A DNA stretch of 50,409 nucleotides, counting the filler, from Dimargaris cristalligena (taxonomy: Eukaryota): NCBI GenBank assembly GCA_003614675.1. It is 2 parts of 2 records of this genome, joined end to end, with 100 filler letters (N's around TTAATTAATTAA, not from the genome) between each part and the next. Parts side by side here need not be neighbours in the genome. Positions count along the whole stretch, not along the records: positions 25,265 to 50,409 come from ML002569.1; 1 more part is not named here. The stretch is one strand, 5' to 3'. Both the position numbers and the translations under genes were made by a program. Below are positions 33,791-45,573 of this stretch, one piece after another (positions within the stretch are counted from its first letter, which is position 1; each line of letters starts with the position of its first letter). The notes below the pieces were generated by a model that made no database searches, was not told the origin of the DNA, and saw only the letters and a program-made list of their open reading frames with translations.

Positions 33791-36700
33791 GACGGAGGGA
33801 TATACTACGAATAGGGGGATAGAAAGGATAGAGAATACGATAATGGTGTTAAGCAATGAAAAAACTCAAAGTGAGGGGTAGGCTATATATAATAGACGAA
33901 ACTGAAGATAAGAATAAACCAACGGCCAACTTAAGAACAAAGAACCAGGGGCACGGTAAGGTACACTATATAGTATGTGAAAAAAATAGGAAACGGGATA
34001 CCCAGAGAAGGGTATTTAAAAAAAAAGAAGCCGAAGAGAAAGGGAAGGAGAGAGAGGGGAAGAGAGACGTGGGAGGAGATGAGGGGTATACAAGTAGGCA
34101 GGGGGAGGGGGGGAAGGGAAGAGGGGGGGAGTGCCTAGTAGAGAACTATAGATGGACGAATATGGCGGCAGGGGGACAGGGTAATAGGATAAAATCTGGA
34201 CCAGTCCGATTGAACGGGCCCATGCCGATGCCGCGCCGCGTGGGTGTGAAGTCCACAGATGCGACGAAGTATGTAGGTGCGTGTGTATATGGGGAGGTGT
34301 ATGTGGGAGAGAAAGAGAGAGATGCTGGGGACTTGGGGAGGGGGGCGCCTGTATCGACAGGGGCCCTGTCCGCCTAGTTCCAAACCCAGGTTGCATAAGT
34401 GATAAAACGGAGTGGGAGGGACGAGAGATGAAAGGATAAAACAAGGTAGAAGGACCGCGTAGGCTGCAGGTAAAGAAGTCTAGTTGATTAGGGCATCGAC
34501 AAGGGCTACTTTTTCCCCCGCACACACTCGCTGGCTCCATTCCCCTACTTTTGGACTATAATGACACCTTCTTTGTACAACCGTACTGACTGGGGTGACC
34601 GGGTTACACGCCCTTCTCCCCTTCGTTGCCTACGCATATATACACACACCCACATACACACACATACTCACATTCTAATGTATCCAATGCCCCAGAGATA
34701 TCGGCGGGTAAACGACCGGGCCCCCGCTCTTCCCTTCCCCCCCCCGCCCTCCTTCCCCAGCTCTAGAAGGGAAACTTTCAGAAGGCTTCTTAGTGAGAAG
34801 CTGTGCGACCTAGTCGCTTAGCCAGGGGCGTCGGGAAGGAATAGGGATAATAGGGGTGGGGTGCTGGAAGTGGAAGGTGGGGAAAACACCCTCCCCCTAA
34901 GCATTTGGAATCCGGGCTCAAGTAGAGGGCGGATTCATAGGAACCTAAGCTGCCGCTGGCTCATACCCGCTAGGGTAAGCCGATACAAGAAAGGCCCGAA
35001 TAACTCGGTATATGCTACTTACCTAATCAATGGGGAGCAAGGCCTGCGATTTCGGAATAAGCGGTGGTGAACAAAACTACCGGGAAAGGGAATTGGGGGA
35101 TAGGATAGGGTAGGTCGATAGCGGGAGGGTGGGGAGAGAATCGTCGAAAAACGGAAGGGATGCGAGGGGAAGCAATAGGAGACGGAAGCTAGCCGGTGAC
35201 GTGGAAGGACAGACTGACGGGCAGGTTACGTAAGGGTCACCACTGGACCGGAGAATGTGGTTGGTCAGAGTGAGGCGGAACAAAAACTTAACGAACGAGC
35301 AAGCACGGACGGACGGACGCACACAACAAACCGTAAGACTGAATAGAGTAGTTAAACCGAGTGGAAGTGTGGTGAAAAAAATGAAGGATAAATAAAAAGG
35401 CTAGGAAGAACACATAGAACCAAGAAAAGGGAGAAAGAGAGGAGAGGAAGAGAGAGGAGAGGGTTGTTGCAACGGCGGCGTCAGTGAGGGAAAGGGTTAC
35501 TTAAGGGTTTTTTGACTTTAGAAGTAGCTAGGCCGAAGGGTGGGTGTATGCTATATGCGGTATAAGCGGTGGAGTATATGCGAGTAATGAGGAGGGGGAT
35601 TAATAGAACGGATCTCTCGGCGTATAGAGCATATAGCATATAGCATACAAAGACCGAGAGATTTCTTTGGTCGTGACAGCAGCAGCCACGGTTACCTGGC
35701 CGAATGAATAATCTAAAACGGGCCCAGGGAGGGAAAGGGCGCCTTGCTTTGATCACACCCCTCTCTCGCGCGGCTGTCTCTTGTTCCCTCCTCTTCCATC
35801 GCTCTCCCTTCACTCCAATTCGCTTGTTTCGACCATTGTTTCCCCTGCCGATAAATATATCGCCCCATTCACCACCATTCGCACCAGCAGCAGTGGGCCT
35901 GGTTGCATTTTTTCTCTACAACAAAACCCATACCCCCCCTCCGCCGTCGTTCCATATCTCCTCCTCCACCAGATAAGCCGCCGTCAACACCAATAGAGGG
36001 GCCTTGGCGGCGGAAGCGACCTATGACTGGGCGGGTGTGGTATTCCCATGGTGGAAATTAAGGGCAAGGCAAGGCAATGGAGAAATGAATGAATGGGTGG
36101 AGAGACCCCGACAACCACTAAAGTCCATAAAAATAGACATGTCATCACCATCGCCACCACCACTACCATCACCAGCACCAGTACCATCAAATGCCGTTTT
36201 GGGGGGTGCGTAGAATGGAAGGATGGAAGGTACCCACGGCGGATCCACAGTGACAACGCAAGTAAAAAGATATCTTCCCCAGGCTTATTGGCGGTTCATT
36301 ATTTGACCATTCAGCTATTTTTATTACAACTTAGCCACGGAGTATACTAGTGAACCACCAAGTGTGATCGGCAAGCTTGGCACTATTCAGGGCAGGGTTG
36401 ATCACCCGCCTGCTAGCCGTCCGATGCATCGAGTGCGTGTGTCCCTTTTCCCCTTGGATTGTCTGTATCAATGGAGTCCACACATACCTAATATGGGCAA
36501 GGGAGACAGCGGGTGGCTGTGGTCAGTGGGTATATCCGTGATGATGATACTAATAAGGGTGGGGCCCTCTTTTCTACTTCCCTTACGCATATCACGCATG
36601 CGAGCATCAGGGTGGAAGATTACCAGAAAAATGCCCTGAAGTGGGGATAAAAGGTACAGGCATTCTACCGCCGGGCTAGGGTGATTAATAGGACCAAAGA

Positions 36701-37150
36701 GTTACTTCGGAGAGGTGTGCAGAAATACCAGAAAGCGTAGGTCAGAATCGGAACTAACAAACCAATTCCACCTGATATAAATACTTACCAATTGGCAGGA
36801 TTCAGGCGTAACTATTGATAGAACGATCCGCAGTTCGGCTCCCCACCTATCACTGTGAGACATCGAAATGTGTGAAATACCCTTAACCGATACAGCTCCA
36901 AAAGAACAATATACATGCCAATCCACCATCAATAGCGGCAGGACCCCTTCAAATCTCGTCTATTGAGCCTCCAACATGTAGGTCTGTGGCAGTTTATGTA
37001 TGCTAATTAAAGTAATCATGATTTTAATGAATACCCCATCAAATCAGTGGGCTAAGCGACTGACGGTGAACCGTTTTCCTAATTGAACTTGAATTCGATT
37101 CACTTCAACTATATAGCCGGCGGTAGGCAGTAGGTATAAGCCACCTCCTG

Positions 37151-38488
37151 TTAAGCCAAGAAACTCTGGCGCAGTAGTTTCTCCCCGTCGGGGGTTTGAG
37201 TGTAGTGCCGGTAGAGCATCAGCAGCTCCGGCCCGAGTTTAATCTCGGCCTCGGGCACAAAGCCCTTAATCAACGGATCCTGCTGCAGGAACTTAGCTAA
37301 GAACCCATATCCCCAAGTCGGGGCGCGGGATGGGGTCATCAGCCGTGGAATTAAAAAGTATTTGATAAACACCATCTCGAAAACATACACCTCGCTGGAA
37401 TAACCAGCGGGGGCGTAGACCGGACCAGAATAGGAGGAGCCTGCCGACGAGACCGACGATGCGGAGGGGCTTCGACTACGGTTCTCCGGGCCGGCGGAGC
37501 GACCCGGGGTACTAAAACCGCTGTCCCCTTGAACGAAGGAAGGACTGACGAGTATGGCCGTGGTGGGGAAGTAGTCCCGTATCTGGATATACGTCTCCAG
37601 GTCCATCCGCCCGAGCCGTACACCGGTGGGTCTCACGAACAAATCCCGAATGAGTTGGCGTACGACACCCAGCACCTCCTCCGTTCGGGGCATGTTCAGG
37701 GCCTGGATCAACGGAAAGGAACTCTGAGCCTGCACCAGAGCCACCCGGTCGGACCGGAGTTGGTTGACCCGCGCTTCAACCTGGGCTAGTTTGAGGCGGG
37801 AGGGCATCTCCAACAGCTGGTATTCCAGATCAACCGACATTGGCTTGTCCAGGGCTTCAACTTGCTTGAGCAAACGTAGGTGCCGCTCCGATACAGCCAG
37901 TAGCACGGAGTGCAGGTACAGTTTCCAGTGGGGCTCCAGCAGGGCCTTGTAGTGGCTGAACTCTTCATTGAAATCCCGCTGAATCACCTGGTGCTGATCG
38001 CTGGCATCTATCACTGAGCGGAAGTACGTCAGGTGGTAGATGATCTAGAGGTTTGACAGGTGGGAGGGATATGGTGGATGAATTTACCAATGATATGTGA
38101 AGAAGGGGCCGTTATTAGCGATAGGATCGGTGAGATGATGATAGTCGTGGGCGATTAGATCTCAGCTTTATATCTAAAATGATCAGCGGAGTATAAGGAA
38201 TAGCATCTATTAACCCCCTCCCTTAAAATAAAATAAAATGAACAGGTATTTTGGCCAATCTGTATTTTAACTTAGCTGTGCACAACTTACCTGGGGATCA
38301 ATGGGAGCGGATTTAACGTAGCGAACTGGGACTGCCGGGCTGTTGTCAAGAGAGGGGGGAAGACTGGGTTGGTTCGACTTCGCCGCCGGTAACAAAATAG
38401 GCAACAGGGCATGGGTAGTGGGGCTGGCGAGGACCGTATGGGATACCAGCGCCAACATTTCCAACAGGCCAACAACCAGTAGCTTCAT
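37151..38488 (-). CDS. Orphan secreted protein, ~363 aa; exons 38488-38291 and 38044-37151
   Basis: Signal peptide MKLLVVGLLEMLALVSHTVLA-SP. Phase-0 intron 38290-38045 (GTAAGT...TAG) is in frame with the 287-aa ORF. TATA-like tatataaa at ~38720. Confidence 0.75.
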
Positions 38489-41400
38489 CGTGAATTAGTA
38501 TTAAAATAAATAAATGTATATTCTAAAGAAAAAATCGGTGGGGTGTAAATAAACCACTATGATTATCAAGAAAAGCCAGTTAATAGAGGAGAGGGTGGCC
38601 AAAGGTAACCAGTGAGAAGGTGTTGCCGAGAAAGAGCGGGGTGTGTATTTCAATATAGGCAGTACTTGAGGGATTAGATGGGTGTGAATATAAGTTAGAT
38701 GGAGCAGGACACCGGACCTTTATATACTGATAACTTCTGTATTCAACCTCCCCCCCATTTCTCCTACTTTCACCATTCAATAACATTCGGGCATGGTCCT
38801 GGCAGTGTACTGAATGTCCTATTCGCCTGTTATGGAGTAGGAGAAAATATTCCCACCCTTGGTTGTTTGTGGCACTTAAATCGTGCGCACCTTTCTATAC
38901 TGTGTTATAAAAACCGCCAAGGTAGCGCACACCTGATTTCGCCCATCCCAACCGGGATACATACTATAGAACCGGAGCGGCAGGCGGACTGGAGGTCCAT
39001 TTCAGAGTGCCCGCTGCCCGTCAGAAGAAATTGTATGATATGTTTTCTTCGAAGTTTTACATTACAATAGTCTATGTCCACTTGGTTTGCCGCTGAGCTC
39101 CACTGGAAGAGATATCTATAGTTGACCCCAAGTAGCGGCAGTGTAGCCCGTCGCGATACATACATGACTAGAGTGACGTGTATGGTATAATTGGGGATTC
39201 TTTTTACCACCTAGCCCCATACTATAAAGCAGGCCAGTACTTTTTAGAACCGCCTGTTTGTCCGGCTGGTGGATGTAGTCGTTCCTACGTCTATGGGCTG
39301 GAAGCCGTCGCTGATAATGCCTCTGGATGGTTTGGGGCCTAAATAACCATGCTGAATGGCACTCCCAATTGTACATGAAGTACACCCAAACCACCGGTCG
39401 CTATTTTTAGGTGATCTCTTTTGATAACACGGTTATCCGGTATGTTGCCTTTACTACGAAACTGGTATCGCCCATTATTGGCGGAATTGAACGCACTGGT
39501 TTGACCAGCGTACACCAATTCCGGTCGCCGACTCTGACTTAATGCGCTGTCCGGAAGTTTAGTTATAACTCCCTATAATAAGACCCCTCGGCTTCTCTGT
39601 AGCCCCACCACCCAATCGAGTCGAGGGACCAGTTGTCTACTCCGGCTGCATGATTGTACGACGGAGGCGCATGTTCGAAAGACTAAAATTGGTCCTCGCG
39701 TCATAGATATATTTGCCTGCCCAAAACTAACGCTCCCAGCCACTTTATCCCATCCTATACGTATAAAGAATCGATGAGTAGAGTTATTATGGGAAGGGAG
39801 ACATCTTACCCGTCTTACAAGTTGCCCGGACACGCCTCAGGCCGCGGTATGAGACCAACAATAAAAAAGTAAAAATTACATATTATGTAATTTTAGCATC
39901 ACCTGGGCGGTTGATTAAGGAGAATGCATAGGTCGAATACCATGACTGCCTGGGGGATATGTACGAAAGCGAATAGGTGCGACAAATACACGCGGTTTTC
40001 TCCCTTCGGTTTCGCCTAAACATACATTGCTTCATAACTGGATCCTGCCAAAGCACACGGGTGGAAAAGGAAACCAACCCCCCCCATGCCACTTATATCA
40101 TGTGTGTCGTTCTTAGACGCAATTAGTGTAACCTCTACGGTTTTATTTAGCGAGCTATCCGTATCTAGCACCCCGGCCCGGCTAATACAAGGACTAAGCC
40201 GGTCGAGGAACACTTTCGGGGATATAAAATAATACAATAACAAGAACCAAAGGCTCTATAATGACACTTGCCTCTGGAAAAAGTATGTCATTGCTGGCGC
40301 CTCCCTCCCCAACGCACACGCCCCCTCAACCGGCGGCTAAACCAACCTCCGCAGCGTGGGCATGTCGGTGCAGACAGGGAACGAATTACCCTAACGCCCC
40401 AATTTGCAATAATTTACGGGAGCTATTTTAGGCAGTTTTCGGCATTAGATACATAGTATCCCTATTACTGACTCAGAGAAGGGAGATATGGGGGTTAATA
40501 GTATTAGAATATACAAGGAAACCCTTCATAATTGAGTCGGCTGCTGACCTTCGTCGATACGTAACTTGTACACTCGATAGTCGCTTCTGCGGCGAAGTCT
40601 GGACGCCCCGTCCCATGATAATGATGCAACCGATAGCCGCGATGTAACGGCGGGGTTGCTCGTATTGCACTTTTCCGTTTCCCCAACGCATAGCGCCTTT
40701 AATTGAACTATATAATTTTTAAGTAACGTCAAAGTATGAGGGGGAGGGGATGTATAGTCTAGTCTGGGTGGGGGGATTAAAAGGGGGTGCTACTTGGATT
40801 AAAGCAAAAAAAAAGTGGAAAAAATACAGGTCCACTTTTGCGACCTTAGCTTGGGGTTGGTCAACAGCAGGGTTAAAGACTTGCGGTCGAAAAATACCAG
40901 TGTCGGCTATAGTCGTTTTAGGTCAACGGCCGGCTGTGCTCATCTAGATAAGTTGCGTAACTTAGGGCGGTTACTCACGATTTCTATATTCTCCCACTCA
41001 TACAAAATCGAATAGCTTAGCTAACCCTCTTCCGTTTCTACCAATTACTTCAGACGGACCGTTAGGGTTTGAACTTGGGATGGATTTTAGTATTCAGTGG
41101 AAGGGAGTCGCGGAGTTGAGTTGGCTAGATTTTAAAGATAGCGCGTTTGTATTACAGTGGGGCTAAATTTTCAGTAGTGAACGAGTGAAGGTATAAGCAA
41201 AGTGCCATATATTTATATATAGTTTTAACAACGCATCCTCATTCTAAAAATATAAACGATTGAAGTATCGTGAACACACGAAAGGGTTAGAAAGCGGAAG
41301 CAGTGAGCGGACCCATAATCATTTCGGGCCCAGATGTAGCTCCAGTGTCGTTCCACGCAATGGCGGCTGGGGAGAGTAAAATATAGTAAGCCATTGGATG

Positions 41401-43183
41401 GTTTGGAGCGCAATGTCACCAGGGTTGGGCCCCCAGTATGGACCTTCCCAGCCTACCTTACATGTGCCACAAAACCTAAATAACTAAGGCAGGGCTGCCC
41501 CTATATCCGGAGTGTCCTCCCGTTTCAGAGAAGCCAAGATGAAACGGGCGGAAAGCCGACAAGGAGGTGCCTTTCCTTTACCCAGGGACACCACTGTTTC
41601 CACAAATACTAGACATTTATCAGACCTTTGAAACGAGGCTTTTCACTTGATAGGTATACTATCGGCGAGGAGCATCGGTCCTTGGAAGCGAGAATTGCCC
41701 CACCCCCGCTCTGGCGCCTTAGACTATTTTTGGGAGCGTGTTCTATTATCCGGAATATATGACACCACTAACTCGTTACATGGTTAATGTATAATCTTCC
41801 TTATGCCGCTACCCCATCGAACACCTGATGCAGGCTTCCATTCACGGACGAGAGAGTTCTAAAGATTACAAATTAATAATAAAACAAGGCTTTGGCCCTG
41901 GCCGGTCAATTTCCAAGAGCCTTAAGAAGCAGTCACATGCCTCGGCGGCTCCCCTCCTCCACATACACACGTTTTACGTACCTCGCAGGCGATTGGAGAG
42001 AGCAGTGGAGTCCATGGATGATAAGGTCGGCAGGATTTGGTAAATCGAGTCGATAACGAAGGAAGAATATAGAGGAAGTCTTCCGTCCCCTCTCTCCACC
42101 GTGGCTTCTTGACTTGGTCCAGTGTAATTAATCAGGCCACCAAGTGGGATAGCTGGATAAGAGGTGGTTTAGTAGAGTGTCATGATGGAGTAACTAGTAC
42201 ACGAATAAAGTTGTTTGGGATACTCTGTAAACTAACTGGTTGACCACCTCTTTGTTTTGACTGAAAGAAGACTTGGGCTAGTCCAACTAGGTCATACATC
42301 CGATATCTCGGCCACCCCCACATAGTTCTCACACCTTCCCCTCCCATACCCATCCAGAGGGTAAATATTTTCCGAGGCATTGTGGACTAATCTATTAGTT
42401 TTCATGCGCATCAGCAGAGTGGGAGGGGGTGTACTATAGGGGGCGGGAGTGAATGGATTAGTGACGGATATAAACGACTTCAATTCAATCATTCTATTAT
42501 CCGCCCCTCAATTCCGGCCGCCTCGATGATAGAGGGGATTAGTGCAATTCCTCGCATTTCGCTCACGGGACCTTCGTCAGTGACCACTCTATAGGAGTCT
42601 TATTGGTAGGTTGGACGGTGGAGGCGGTACGGAAATTCAGAGTAGGCGTTCCGAGATATGGACCGGTAGTGCACGTACCCTTCCCATGACCCTTTTCACT
42701 CAACTTACTGCCGCCTTGGATATGGTAATGGGGGTTATAGGCCAAGCAACCGAAACGGAGGGGTACGCCGTGTTTCAAAGCATTAGTGGGTGAAGCTGTA
42801 CATGGTGTAGGAGGTGCCTCCCCAACAACTACGGCAAACCAGGTGTTATTTATGAGACGCACGGTACATGCCGATGCAGGAGGAGGAGGAGTAGTGAGTG
42901 GTATTTATTGGTAATCTAGAGGAGAAGAGGGTTCGCCAGGGGCGCGATAAGATAAGCCGATGCGGATGGTTTAGTTATGATTCGGTCATAAAGCCAACAA
43001 CTGAGGCAGCAGAACCAAAGGGAGGAGAAGTCTAGGTAGACGAAGAGCATTTTTCTCCTTTGCCAGAGAGGGGGAATGGTGTGCAGGGCAGCATGGAGGA
43101 GAGGGAATGGTGAGCCTTATCCGTAAAGGTTTGCGAATCATCGTGGAATTTGACCCGCCGAAGTTGGCGAATAAGAGGGCTAA

Positions 43184-43192
43184 ATGAGTCAC
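43184..43192 (+). promoter_or_regulatory. Gcn4/CPC-1-type element (ATGAGTCAC) upstream of CPA1
   Basis: TGAGTCA core at 43185-43191, ~260 bp upstream of the (TA)n tract of an arginine biosynthetic gene. Confidence 0.55.
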
Positions 43193-43360
43193 CGTCTCCG
43201 TTGCCCAGTGTGGCCTCTGTGGATGTCTCAGGCGTTGCCGCTGGCCAATCCCGCCGGCCTAGTCGCAGACACTGTATTACTATTCAGAGTTCTGATTGGC
43301 TGCTCGCCTCCATCTTATCATAATCGCCTTTCCGTGTATATGCGTGAAAAAAAAATAGCC

Positions 43361-43441
43361 ATGCTCTCCTATCTGGTTATATGCTCTCTCTGGCTGTATG
43401 CTCTCTCTGGCTGTATGCCCTCTCCTCCATACATACATACT

Positions 43442-43469
<28 letters not shown>
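43361..43469 (+). repeat. 17-bp tandem repeat (atgctctctctggctgt x2 plus degenerate flanks) and (TA)n microsatellite in the CPA1 promoter
   Basis: Exact units at 43381-43397 and 43398-43414; TA run at ~43442-43469. Confidence 0.8.
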
Positions 43470-43473
<4 letters not shown>

Positions 43474-43632
43474 TAACCAGCAGCCGCCCCTCCAGTTCTT
43501 CACCTTACTTTACCTTTCTTCTTTCACTTCCCCCTCTTTGGTTGCCTCTAGCCTCGCTTCTACTATTTCTATAGCCTATTACTTCGCTTTTATAGCCCAC
43601 TTATTATACCCCAAGCTCTTACTTTATTCAAG

Positions 43633-43768
43633 GTAAATTCCCGTAATCATTTATAGTGGTGAATATATAGATTTACCCGTGTCGCTCGAGTTCGTGAATC
43701 TCCTTTTCGTCCGGTTGTACTAACCGGCCTGTTTCCCTCCTACCTATTATTGGTTTCCTCTTCCATAG
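43633..43768 (+). other. Predicted first 5'-UTR intron of CPA1
   Basis: AAG/GTAAAT donor, TACTAAC branch point at 43718-43724, polypyrimidine tract and TAG acceptor at 43768. Confidence 0.7.
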
Positions 43769-43823
43769 TTACGAACATCGTCACCGTGGCTTGATTGTGT
43801 AGGCGCTCCCCCAACTCGCTTTC

Positions 43824-44096
43824 ATGTACTCTCACAACCAAGAGAGGAACTCATCCGATTATATCCCTGACCAAGGTAGGTTTCGCTTCCAGGCACTCAG
43901 TACGCGCGCCCTCGACCGCTGCTAATTATTAAAACGACCAGTTATCGATTTGTTTGCTAAGCGATCCGGTTAACATCATATCTGTATAACATCCACCTTG
44001 TAACTAACTCGCCTGACACCTGTTTTACCTTGATTTCGCCCAACATCTTATTTCCTCTGTATCCCCACAGTTTGGAAATCTGCCGTCGGTTTCTAA
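43824..44096 (+). CDS. Arginine attenuator peptide (AAP) uORF, 25 aa, MYSHNQERNSSDYIPDQVWKSAVGF; exons 43824-43875 and 44071-44096
   Basis: Intron 43876-44070 (GTAGGT, branch AACTAAC ~44002-44008, CAG). The spliced peptide has D12-Y13-x-x-D16-x-x-W19, as in Neurospora arg-2 AAP (DYLSDHLW) and yeast CPA1 AAP (DYISDHIW). The stop lies 169 nt before the CPA1 ATG. Confidence 0.88.
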
Positions 44097-44265
44097 GTCC
44101 CCCGGTCTTGTCGAATCCCACCCGCCTTTCCCCTAGTATTCTTTCGCCCTTCTAAATTATCGTTATAGTTGTTTACTCTCAGCACCAAAGTCTTGACAAC
44201 CCGTTACCTCCTTCGCAGTTCTTCACCCTATCTACCCAACCAACCCCCCCTCAACAGCATTCGCC

Positions 44266-45573
44266 ATGTTTTCCTTCTCCCAGAAGTCTCTTAAGGCCAC
44301 CTCTGCCCTGCGCCGCTCTCTGGCCACCGTCTCCAACGCCACCATCAAGGCCACCTCCAACGGATCCGCCCCCGCGCGTCTGACCGAGCCCGCCTACCTG
44401 TCCCTCAAGACCGGCCAGACCTTCACCGGCCAGTCTTTCGGTGCCACCCAGGCCCCCGCCACTTCCGGCGAGACCGTCTTCACCACTTCCCTGGTTGGTT
44501 ACCCCGAGTCCATGACCGACCCTTCCTACCACGGTCAGATTCTGGTGTTCACCCAGCCCCTGGTTGGCAACTACGGCGTGCCTGCCTTCGACCGCGACCA
44601 GTTCGGTCTGCTCCGTAACTTCGAGTCGGATAAGATCCAGTGCAAAGCTATCGTGGTCAGCGACTACGCTACCCGCTACTCCCACTGGAACGCCGTCGAG
44701 TCCCTGGGTGAGTGGTGCACCCGTTCCGGCATCCCCGCCATTTCGGGTGTCGATACCCGTGCCTTGGTCCATCTTCTCCGTGATCAGGGTTCCACCCTAG
44801 GCGCTCTGACCGTGGGCGGCTCCAAGGCCCCCGCCACCGAGGAAGTTGAATTTGTGGATCCGAACACCGATAACCTGGTCGCTAAGGTGTCCGTCACCGA
44901 GCCCCAGCAGTTCAACCCCGGTGGCGACGTCAAGATCGCCGTGGTGGACTGTGGTATCAAGCAGAATATCCTGCGTTGCCTGGTGGCCCGCGGTGCCGCT
45001 GTTACCCTGCTGCCCTGGAACTACAACTTCAATGCCGTGGCTGACCACTTCGACGGCCTGTTTATTTCCAACGGCCCCGGAAGCCCCACCAAGTGCACCC
45101 CTCTGATCCAGAACGTGCGTCAGGCTTACCAGACCTTTAACAAGCCCATCTTCGGTATCTGCATGGGTAACCAGATCATGGGTATGGCCGCCGGCTTGGA
45201 TGTCTACAAGATGCGCTATGGTAACCGTGGCCACAACCAGCCCGCCGTAAACCTGACCAACGGCCAGTGTGTGATTACCTCGCAGAACCATGGATTCGCC
45301 CTGAAGGATGATGGTGCGATGCCCTCTGGATGGCAGCGCTACTTCGTGAATGCCAATGACGGCTCCAACGAGGGTATTCGCCACTCCTTCCTGCCCTTCA
45401 GCTCGGTCCAATTCCACCCCGAAGCCAAGGGCGGGCCCCAGGACACCCAGTACCTGTTCGATAGCTTCCTGACCCAGGTGCGCGAGGCCAAGATCCAGCG
45501 TACCACTCAGGAGACCGCCTTCCACAAGAATCTGGAAACCGCCACCGCCGAGCCCGTTTCTGTGGCAGCCTAA
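44266..45573 (+). CDS. CPA1: Carbamoyl-phosphate synthetase, arginine-specific, small (glutaminase) subunit, 435 aa, with mitochondrial presequence
   Basis: GETVFTTSLVGYPESMTDPSYHGQILVFTQPLVGNYG, GVDTRALV, SNGPGSP, FGICMGNQ (Cys), ITSQNHGFA, QFHPE. N-terminus is rich in Ser/Ala/Arg/Lys and has no acidic residues. Strong codon bias. Confidence 0.97.
   Translation: MFSFSQKSLKATSALRRSLATVSNATIKATSNGSAPARLTEPAYLSLKTGQTFTGQSFGATQAPATSGETVFTTSLVGYPESMTDPSYHGQILVFTQPLVGNYGVPAFDRDQFGLLRNFESDKIQCKAIVVSDYATRYSHWNAVESLGEWCTRSGIPAISGVDTRALVHLLRDQGSTLGALTVGGSKAPATEEVEFVDPNTDNLVAKVSVTEPQQFNPGGDVKIAVVDCGIKQNILRCLVARGAAVTLLPWNYNFNAVADHFDGLFISNGPGSPTKCTPLIQNVRQAYQTFNKPIFGICMGNQIMGMAAGLDVYKMRYGNRGHNQPAVNLTNGQCVITSQNHGFALKDDGAMPSGWQRYFVNANDGSNEGIRHSFLPFSSVQFHPEAKGGPQDTQYLFDSFLTQVREAKIQRTTQETAFHKNLETATAEPVSVAA

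Noticed and set aside
33856-34540. 173-174 aa ORFs on both strands upstream of the cold-shock gene
   Set aside because: Products of purine/pyrimidine-skewed low-complexity leader sequence; no domain.
43184-43636. 150-aa ORF upstream of CPA1
   Set aside because: Runs through promoter repeats and the (TA)n tract (YIYIYI); its ATG is part of the TGAGTCA element and it probably starts upstream of the transcript.
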